Positions 57,726 to 64,000 of a stretch of 64,000 bases of DNA are shown here, one piece after another. The stretch spans positions 70,223 through 134,222 of the forward strand of contig JACZVC010000003.1 in assembly GCA_022572885.1 (NCBI GenBank), in the 5' to 3' direction. The stretch comes from Pseudomonadota bacterium (lineage in GTDB: Bacteria > Pseudomonadota > Gammaproteobacteria > Steroidobacterales > MnTg04). Position 1 is the first letter of the stretch, and each line of letters opens with the position of its first letter. The translations under genes were made by a program, and so were the position numbers. Below the pieces are notes generated by a model. It worked only from the letters and a program-made list of their open reading frames with translations, had not been told where the DNA came from and made no database searches.

Positions 57726-58865
57726 TCATCGCCGGCTCAGCCACTGATGCGGATTCAGCGGCGTGACTCCCCGCCGAATTTCGAAATACAGCGCTGACAA
57801 CAAGTTGCCGCCGCTGTCGCCGACGATACCTATGATTTCGCCCGCCTCGACCCAGTCCCCGACTTCCCGGTAGAGCGACTCGCTATGGCCGTACAGGCTC
57901 AAAAACCCGTCGCCGTGTTCGATGACCATCAACAAACCCATTCCCGGCAACCAGTCCGCGTATGCGACCCGCCCGTGATAAACAGCCCGAACCTCGGCGC
58001 CCCTTACGGCGCCCAGCATGACGCCCTGCCATCGCAGCCGCCCACCGGCACGCGGCTGCCCGAAGTCATTGATCAACCGACCTTTTATCGGCCAGCCCAA
58101 CGAGCCCTTTTTGCCGGCAAATGGATCCCTGACGACCATGGGGAATTCCACCAGGGCCCGCCGCAGGCTGTTCATCAAATGCTGTAGTTCCTGTTCCTGC
58201 ATCTGCATGCTCGCCAATTGCCTGCCGCTGCTGCTAATCTGCCGCTCCAGACCGGCGACTATGGCCGCCCTTTCCTGGCGTGCCGCATCCAGTCGGGCAA
58301 GCTCTTTTTGTCTCCTGCGCTCCAGGCCAACCAGCCGGCCTGTTTCCTCTTCTGTGAGACGATCGAGTTGTCGCAGCCTGGCCAAGCCCTGCTCGACGAT
58401 CTTTAACAGGACCGCCCGTTGCTCGGTCAGGTAACCGTAATAAGTCATGACGCGACCCAGCGCAGCGGGGTTTTCCTGGTTCAGCAGCAGGCGAATTCGC
58501 TCCTGGCGGCCGCTGATATAGGCGGACCGCAACTGACGCCCGAGTTCATACCGATGGCGCGCCAGCGCCGCCTTTTGCGCATTTTGCTCGGCCGCCAGGC
58601 TGATTTGCTGCGCCCGGCTAGCGGCCACCTCCTGGCTGGTTTTGCGCAGCAGCTTGCGCGCGGCGGCTACTTCCAGTTCCACGTTACGGAGGCCCGCTTG
58701 CGCGTGATCCTTTTTTTCCCGATCCGCTTGCAAGGTGCGATTCAGTGCATTAATAGCCCCTCTCAGTTCAGCCAGCTCGGTCTCATTGTCGCCGGCATCC
58801 TGCGCAACAACGGCCGCTATCATCGCGAACAGGCCAGCCAGGAAAAATGCGTGTCGGGTTTTCAT
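57726..58865 (-). CDS. envC: murein hydrolase activator EnvC-like (coiled coil plus M23 LytM domain)
   Basis: A signal peptide, a long coiled-coil N-terminal part, and a C-terminal M23 domain (GVMLGAVRGAEVRAVYHGRVAYADW...GMGLLMVIEHGDG) are present. Start taken at MKTRHAF. Confidence 0.85.
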   Translation of the reverse strand: MKTRHAFFLAGLFAMIAAVVAQDAGDNETELAELRGAINALNRTLQADREKKDHAQAGLRNVELEVAAARKLLRKTSQEVAASRAQQISLAAEQNAQKAALARHRYELGRQLRSAYISGRQERIRLLLNQENPAALGRVMTYYGYLTEQRAVLLKIVEQGLARLRQLDRLTEEETGRLVGLERRRQKELARLDAARQERAAIVAGLERQISSSGRQLASMQMQEQELQHLMNSLRRALVEFPMVVRDPFAGKKGSLGWPIKGRLINDFGQPRAGGRLRWQGVMLGAVRGAEVRAVYHGRVAYADWLPGMGLLMVIEHGDGFLSLYGHSESLYREVGDWVEAGEIIGIVGDSGGNLLSALYFEIRRGVTPLNPHQWLSRR

Positions 58866-58880
58866 CTGGGTGTCAATTCT

Positions 58881-58928
58881 AACCCGCATATTTCACCAAG
58901 GCGCAAGCCGCCCAGTGAAATATGCAGG
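58881..58928. repeat. REP-like palindrome, copy 3
   Basis: AACCCGCATATTTCACCAAGGCG (58881-58903) pairs with a partner arm GTGAAATATGCAGG (58915-58928), matching 13 of 14 positions, followed by GGCCCAGGGGTTTTTA. Confidence 0.7.
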
Positions 58929-59027
58929 CCCAGGGGTTTTTATTCCGACAGCCCGGCCACCGAGGCTCCGGGCGCTGCTATAATGGCGCGCCATTTTAGC
59001 CGAGCGCCCGGAGGCGCACTACCAAAG

Positions 59028-59450
59028 ATGTCACAGCTTCTTGAATTTGCAGCCAACCATCCCTATCTAGCTGGTGGAGTCGTCGCACTAAGCATTCTTG
59101 TGCTTGTCAACGAACTTCGCCTGCGCAGCAATACGGGGAACTTCCTCGATCCCGCCAATGTGGTTTCCCTGATCAACAAGGGCGCCGCGGTGCTGGATCT
59201 TAGAAGTGCCGAAAGGTTTGCCACCGGTCACGTAGTCGGCGCCAGGAACATCCCGGTTGACCAGCTAGAGTCGTCCGCCGGCAAACTGAAACGCTACTCG
59301 GGCAAACCCATGATCGTGTATTGCGACAATGGCACCGCTTGCCGCAAGGCGGTGGCCAGGCTGCAAGAAATGGGATTCGAACATACGGTGGCAATGCGTG
59401 GTGGGCTGCAGGCCTGGACGCAGGAAAATATGCCGCTGGTCAAAGACTGA
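59028..59450 (+). CDS. rhodanese-like domain protein (YibN-like, N-terminal TM)
   Basis: 140 aa from ATG 59028 with the active-site loop CDNGTAC. The upstream part of the 343-aa track ORF is antisense to envC and was rejected. Confidence 0.8.
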   Translation: MSQLLEFAANHPYLAGGVVALSILVLVNELRLRSNTGNFLDPANVVSLINKGAAVLDLRSAERFATGHVVGARNIPVDQLESSAGKLKRYSGKPMIVYCDNGTACRKAVARLQEMGFEHTVAMRGGLQAWTQENMPLVKD

Positions 59451-59473
59451 ACAATAGGAAAAGGAAGCTAGCC

Positions 59474-59968
59474 ATGAGCAAAAAAAGCACCGCAGCAGCA
59501 GAAGCCGGCGGACAGACCAGGACCTTTGCCCTGCAAAAAATTTATCTCAAGGATTGCTCCTTCGAGTCACCGAACGCGCCAGCTATTTATGCCGAGCCGT
59601 GGAACCCGGGCATTCAGCTCAATATGCACACCACAAGTTCCCTGGTTGCCGAAAATGCTCATGAAGTCGTGCTGCACACGACGCTGGAAGCCAAACTCGG
59701 TGACAAGGTTGCGTTGCTGATCGAAGTGCAACAAGCGGGCATATTCCAGATCGTTGACGCATCGGAAGACGAACTGAAATCCCTGCTTGCCTGCCGTTGC
59801 GCAGAAATGCTTTATCCGTTCAGCCGCCAGATTATTTCAGACCTGGCAACACAGGGTGGTTTCCCGCAATTGTTGTTGCAGCCGATGGATTTCGAAGAAT
59901 TATTCGCCCAGGCCAATGCAGCGGGTCAGGCTGAGGCTAAGACCAAAACCAAGACCAAGACCAATTAA
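59474..59968 (+). CDS. secB: protein-export chaperone SecB
   Basis: FALQKIYLKDCSFESPNAP is a SecB signature. AAGGAAG lies upstream of ATG 59474. The C-terminus ends in a KTKTKTKTN repeat. Confidence 0.9.
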   Translation: MSKKSTAAAEAGGQTRTFALQKIYLKDCSFESPNAPAIYAEPWNPGIQLNMHTTSSLVAENAHEVVLHTTLEAKLGDKVALLIEVQQAGIFQIVDASEDELKSLLACRCAEMLYPFSRQIISDLATQGGFPQLLLQPMDFEELFAQANAAGQAEAKTKTKTKTN

Positions 59969-59983
59969 AAGGCGCCAGACAGA

Positions 59984-61012
59984 ATCAGCAGGCCGGCCGA
60001 CAAGACGATCAGCATACTGGGAGCGGGCTCCTGGGGTACCGCGCTGGCCATTCAGTTTGCCCGCAAGGGCAGACCGGTCCTGATTTGGGGTAGGAACTCT
60101 CGGCATCTCGAGGAATTGGAGCGCGTACGGTGCAACCACGTTTATTTGCCCGCTGCTGATTTTCCGCCGTCTCTGAAAATCGAAAGCGATTTTGCAAAGG
60201 CTGTAGCTGGCTCGGACGACCTGCTGCTGGTCGTACCGAGCCATGCCTTCCGGGAATTGCTGACGGCGATGAAACCGCTGCTTGGAAAAAACCACCGAAT
60301 TTCCTGGGCGACCAAGGGTTTTGAACTGGGCACCGGCAAACTGCCGCACCAGGTCGCAAGCGAAGTGCTCTCCGACAAATATCCGCTGGCGGTTTTGTCC
60401 GGCCCGACTTTTGCCCGTGAAGTGGGTTTGGGCTTGCCAACCGCCATGACGGTAGCTGCGGACGATCAGGAGTTTGCTCGCGAACTGGCCGAGGAAATTT
60501 CCGATGATAATTTCCGCGCTTATACCTCGAATGACATCATTGGCGTCGAAGTCGGCGGTGCAGTGAAGAATGTCCTGGCCATCGGCGCCGGTGTATCGGA
60601 CGGGCTGGGGTACGGATCGAACACGCGCATTGCGCTGATTACGCGGGGATTGGTCGAGCTTGGCCGCCTGGGCCGTGCGCTGGGGGCCAGACCAGAGACA
60701 TTTATGGGTCTGGCAGGTATGGGCGACCTGGTTTTGACTTGCACCGATGACCAGTCGCGTAACCGGCGTATGGGGCTGGCGCTGGCCGCGGGGAAATCAC
60801 CCGATGAGGCAGCCCGCGAAATAGGCCAAGTCGTCGAGGGCGTAATGGCCGCACGCGCGGTACACCAGGTGTCTTTGCGCCACCAAGTGGAAATGCCGAT
60901 CTGCGCACAGGTCTACCGGATCCTTTACCAGGGCGCGACCCCGGAATCAGCGGTACAGGCCCTGATGACTCGCGATCTCAAAAGTGAAGATCACTCTGCG
61001 AACCTGGAGTAA
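59984..61012 (+). CDS. gpsA: NAD(P)H-dependent glycerol-3-phosphate dehydrogenase, start codon unresolved
   Basis: The reading frame is open from the secB stop and encodes ISILGAGSWGTALAIQFARKG (Rossmann GxGxxG) at 60008-60070. The first canonical start is TTG 60116, downstream of that motif. The 59984 (ATC) start is a placeholder. Confidence 0.8.
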   Translation: MSRPADKTISILGAGSWGTALAIQFARKGRPVLIWGRNSRHLEELERVRCNHVYLPAADFPPSLKIESDFAKAVAGSDDLLLVVPSHAFRELLTAMKPLLGKNHRISWATKGFELGTGKLPHQVASEVLSDKYPLAVLSGPTFAREVGLGLPTAMTVAADDQEFARELAEEISDDNFRAYTSNDIIGVEVGGAVKNVLAIGAGVSDGLGYGSNTRIALITRGLVELGRLGRALGARPETFMGLAGMGDLVLTCTDDQSRNRRMGLALAAGKSPDEAAREIGQVVEGVMAARAVHQVSLRHQVEMPICAQVYRILYQGATPESAVQALMTRDLKSEDHSANLE

Positions 61013-61092
61013 ATCTCTGCATCCACGCATAACACATGGCGGCCTGGCTATCGTGGCGTGGCCGGTCCACGATTTGCCGCTTGCCCGGTCGC

Positions 61093-61557
61093 TCAGGCCC
61101 CACCCGAAAAACCGCGCTGGCGCCATGCCTCATAGAGGATAACCGCGGCCGCATTGGCCAGGTTCAGGCTGCGATTGTCGGGTCTTAGCGGAATCCTCAG
61201 ACGCTGTGCCACCGGTACCGATTCAATGAGCGCCATAGGCAGCCCACGTGTTTCGGGGCCAAAGAGAAACGCGTCGCCGGGGCGGAATCGGGGATGGTCA
61301 TATGGTGTCGGCGCTCGCGTGGAAAGCGCGAATAACCTGGGGTCGCCGACGCTCTCCAGGCAATCTTGCAAGGACTCGTGCTGTTTCACGCTGGCGAATT
61401 CGTGATAATCCAGCCCGGCACGGCGCAATCTGGGCTCATCCAGTTCGAACGCCAGTGGTTTGATCAGGTGCAATTGCGCGCCAGTATTCGCGCACAGGCG
61501 TATGATGTTGCCGGTATTCGGCGGAATCTCCGGCTGGTACAAAATGACATGAAACAT
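61093..61557 (-). CDS. trmL: tRNA (cytidine/uridine-34 2'-O)-methyltransferase TrmL
   Basis: 154 aa. MFHVILYQPEIPPNTGNIIRLCANTGAQLHLI is the SpoU/TrmL signature. Confidence 0.9.
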   Translation of the reverse strand: MFHVILYQPEIPPNTGNIIRLCANTGAQLHLIKPLAFELDEPRLRRAGLDYHEFASVKQHESLQDCLESVGDPRLFALSTRAPTPYDHPRFRPGDAFLFGPETRGLPMALIESVPVAQRLRIPLRPDNRSLNLANAAAVILYEAWRQRGFSGGA

Positions 61558-61594
61558 GGCTGGCGCGGCCTGTCGGCTAACGGAAGCGAATTGT

Positions 61595-62572
61595 ATGACA
61601 GGAAAAAGTGACGGGCGACCTAACAGCCTGGCAATGGAGTTCTGCGGTATGCAACTGAGCTCGCCGATTGTGCTTCTGTCCGGCTGTGTAGGGTTCGGCG
61701 AGGAATACACGCGAGTAAACGGTTTTTCGAATCGTGACGCAGGCGCGATCGTACTCAAGGGCACGACCAGGGAACCGCGCCTCGGGAACCCGCTGCACCG
61801 GGTCTTTGAAACGCCGATGGGTATGCTGAACGCCATCGGGCTGCAAAACCCGGGAATGGATGTCGTCGTTGACGATATTTTGCCAACCCTGGATTTTACC
61901 GAAACCCGATTTATCGCCAACGTCTGTGGCTCGACGATAGAAGAATATGCGGAGGTCACCAGGCGTTTTGACGATTCCCCGATCGACGCTATCGAGGTCA
62001 ATATTTCCTGTCCCAATATCAAGGCAGGCGGCGTCGCCTTTGGCAACGTGCCAGAGATGTCGGCCCGGGTCGTAGAGGCTTGCCGCAAGGCAACCAGTAA
62101 ACCCATCATCACCAAACTTTCACCAAATCAGACCGATATCAAGGAAAACGCACGCCGGTGTATAGAAGCGGGCAGTGATGCGCTCGCGGTTATCAATACC
62201 GTGATGGGCATGGCTATCGATTCGGAAACGCGCGAGCCGGTCATCGGTAATGTGCAGGGTGGTCTTTCGGGCCCGGCGATCAAGCCGATCGCGTTACTGA
62301 AAGTTCACCAGGTTTATGAAGTCGCCGGACCGCTCGGTATTCCGATTATCGGCCAGGGCGGCATCATGACCGCGACCGATGCGCTGGAATTCATTATTGC
62401 GGGAGCGAGCACGGTGGGAGTGGGTACCGCTCTTTTCTACGATCCACTGGTCTGCCTGAAAATTAACGCGGGTATCGCCGAATATCTGGAACGCCAGTCG
62501 ATCACGCTGCCGCAGCTGGTGGGCAGCATGACGCATGGGCCAGACATCAAGGACAGCGCCGCGGCGGGGTAG
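61595..62572 (+). CDS. pyrD: class 1-type dihydroorotate dehydrogenase family protein
   Basis: SGCVGFGEEY, GMLNAIGLQNPG and the NISCPN active-site Cys are class 1 (1B catalytic subunit-like) features. The start at 61595 is uncertain. Confidence 0.8.
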   Translation: MTGKSDGRPNSLAMEFCGMQLSSPIVLLSGCVGFGEEYTRVNGFSNRDAGAIVLKGTTREPRLGNPLHRVFETPMGMLNAIGLQNPGMDVVVDDILPTLDFTETRFIANVCGSTIEEYAEVTRRFDDSPIDAIEVNISCPNIKAGGVAFGNVPEMSARVVEACRKATSKPIITKLSPNQTDIKENARRCIEAGSDALAVINTVMGMAIDSETREPVIGNVQGGLSGPAIKPIALLKVHQVYEVAGPLGIPIIGQGGIMTATDALEFIIAGASTVGVGTALFYDPLVCLKINAGIAEYLERQSITLPQLVGSMTHGPDIKDSAAAG

Positions 62573-62585
62573 CGGCGAGCCCTGG

Positions 62586-64000
62586 CTAGTATTTCTTTGC
62601 GCCCAGCTTGAGTTCCTTGATTCTGCGGCTCAGCGTGTTGCGGCCCCAGCCCAGCAATTTGGCGGCTTCACCCCTGCGTCCTCCGGCCCGGGCCAACGCT
62701 TCGTTGATCAGTATTTTCTCGACTTCCGGGATAGCGATGGCCATCAGCGGTTTGCTGCCGGTCGCCAGCTCACGCCTGGCCCAACCAGCCAACGCGTCTT
62801 GCCACTGATCGTTTCCTGGCTTCGCCTGCAGCCCGCCCAGTTCCTCGGGGATGTCGCTGCACCGGATTTCGCGTCCGGGCGCGGTCACGGTCAGCAGGCG
62901 GCAAGCGTTGATCAACTGCCTGACGTTCCCTGGCCAGGCAAACCGCCCCAGCAGTTTTCCCGCAGCGCTGCTGAGTCGCTTGGCCGGCACACCCAGTTCC
63001 CTGGCGGTCGCCGACAGGTAGTGGTCAAATAACGCCGGGATGTCTTCCCGGTGTTCGTTAAGCGCCGGCACGCGAACATGAATCACGTTTAACCGATGAA
63101 ACAGGTCTTCCCGGAAAGATCCCTCTTCGACCAGGCGCACCAGGTCCTTGTTGGTCGCCGCCAGCACCCGAACATCCACTGTGACAGGCTTCTGCCCGCC
63201 TACCCGGTAAAACTCCCCCTCGGCCAATACCCGCAGCAGGCGAGTCTGCAGCGCGGGCGACATGTCGCCAATTTCATCGAGGAACAAAGTACCACCATCC
63301 GCTTGTTCGAAACGGCCGTGATGCTGCCCCGTTGCTCCGGTAAACGCGCCTTTTTCATGGCCGAACAACTCCGACTCGAGCAATTCCGCCGGGATTGCCG
63401 AAGTGTTCAGCGCAACAAAGGCCTTCCTGGCACGCGGTGAATGCCGGTGCAGCGCATTGGCCACCAACTCCTTGCCGGTCCCGGACTGTCCGGTGATAAG
63501 CACGGTCATGCTGGAGCGCGCGAGCCGGCCGATGGCGCGGTATACCTCCTGCATGGCCGGCGCCTGACCAATCAGTTCCGGCGTGCTGGCGCGCAGGTCT
63601 TCCCGTGGGGGCTCGCCACCGGTATCAGCGGCGGCACGATGAACCAGCGCCACCGCTTCGTCCACATCGAACGGTTTTGGCAAGTACTCGAATGCACCGC
63701 CACCGTAAGCGGTCACTGCGCTGTCCAGGTCGGCGTAAGCGGTCGTTACAATGATCGGCAAACCGGGTCGTTCGCGACCCAGGATTGCCAGCAAATCCAG
63801 CCCGGTAACCCCGGGCATGCGGATATCGGTCAGCAGTACGTCGGGCTGTTCGGCGGGCGGGTCATCGCTCCCGTTCAATGCCGCGAGCAGGGTATCGCCA
63901 TCTTCGAACGCACGGACATGCATCCCTGCCTCCGAACAGGCTTTCTCCAGCACCCAGCGAATCGATGGATCGTCGTCCGCCAGCCAGACTTTCAGTGTCT
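62586..64000 (-). CDS. glnG: sigma54-dependent response regulator NtrC (NR-I), 5' end a few codons beyond the window
   Basis: The receiver domain (VWLADDDPSIRWVLEKA, continuing off the edge), the AAA+ core (GQSGTGKE, and GAFTGA) and a C-terminal Fis-type HTH are present. Confidence 0.9.
   Translation of the reverse strand, partial: TLKVWLADDDPSIRWVLEKACSEAGMHVRAFEDGDTLLAALNGSDDPPAEQPDVLLTDIRMPGVTGLDLLAILGRERPGLPIIVTTAYADLDSAVTAYGGGAFEYLPKPFDVDEAVALVHRAAADTGGEPPREDLRASTPELIGQAPAMQEVYRAIGRLARSSMTVLITGQSGTGKELVANALHRHSPRARKAFVALNTSAIPAELLESELFGHEKGAFTGATGQHHGRFEQADGGTLFLDEIGDMSPALQTRLLRVLAEGEFYRVGGQKPVTVDVRVLAATNKDLVRLVEEGSFREDLFHRLNVIHVRVPALNEHREDIPALFDHYLSATARELGVPAKRLSSAAGKLLGRFAWPGNVRQLINACRLLTVTAPGREIRCSDIPEELGGLQAKPGNDQWQDALAGWARRELATGSKPLMAIAIPEVEKILINEALARAGGRRGEAAKLLGWGRNTLSRRIKELKLGAKKY

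Noticed and set aside
58419-59027. N-terminal 203 codons of the 343-aa plus-strand ORF ending at 59450
   Set aside because: This part is antisense to envC and has no rhodanese similarity. The rhodanese domain and its TM helix begin at ATG 59028.
61558-62115. N-terminal extension of the 340-aa minus-strand ORF containing trmL
   Set aside because: The extension is antisense to pyrD. TrmL homology starts exactly at MFHVILYQPE (ATG 61557).
1-64000. CRISPR arrays, rRNA genes, additional tRNAs and defence-system gene sets
   Set aside because: I saw no regularly spaced direct repeats. The only T-loop/acceptor pattern is the one at 35351-35433. I saw no nuclease, ATPase or methylase combinations typical of known defence systems. 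This was a visual scan only.

Overview
This 64 kb window looks like a GC-rich (roughly 58-60% by eye) chromosomal segment from a gammaproteobacterium. Coding density is high and most of the content is core housekeeping genes.

Gene content, in order:
- rdgB-rph, a PP2C phosphatase, and yicC-gmk-rpoZ-spoT-ridA-recG
- ubiC-ubiA
- a periplasmic GMC oxidoreductase module
- comF, and bioC-bioD
- a complete aa3-type cytochrome c oxidase structural and biogenesis cluster (coxB-ctaD-small ORF-ctaG-coxC / DUF2909 / SURF1-CxxxC protein-ctaA-ctaB)
- uvrD, trkA-trkH, and a TRAP transporter
- dtd and tatABC
- a peptide-utilisation group (S9 peptidase, POT transporter, ACE-like M2 peptidase)
- a TonB2/Ttp-type energy-transduction cluster with a TonB-dependent receptor
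- a signal-peptide RidA paralog, a GGDEF protein, and yibQ-ctpA-envC
- rhodanese-secB-gpsA, trmL, a class-1 type pyrD, and ntrC (5' end lies off the window)

The one clearly accessory stretch is an AT-rich segment at about 32.3-35.8 kb. Within it I can delimit a 3,186-bp IS1595-family transposable unit at 32507-35692. It has perfect 23-bp terminal inverted repeats and a 7/8-matching 8-bp target duplication. It carries passenger genes: a DUF1902/HicB-like protein plus a possible HicA-like partner, a P63C-domain protein, a small basic/acidic ORF and a tRNA.

The tRNA is the most unusual object in the window. It is a well-formed class II cloverleaf with a long variable arm, a Leu-type body and A73, but its anticodon loop reads 5'-UGG-3', which is proline.

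Other points worth a second look:
- consensus promoters that abut the start codons of the transposase and P63C genes (leaderless layout), with a symmetric four-half-site palindromic operator between them
- a REP-like palindromic repeat family seen three times
- gpsA, which has no canonical start codon upstream of its NAD-binding motif
- an orphan secreted CxxC protein

I saw no CRISPR array, no rRNA, and no recognisable defence-system gene set.
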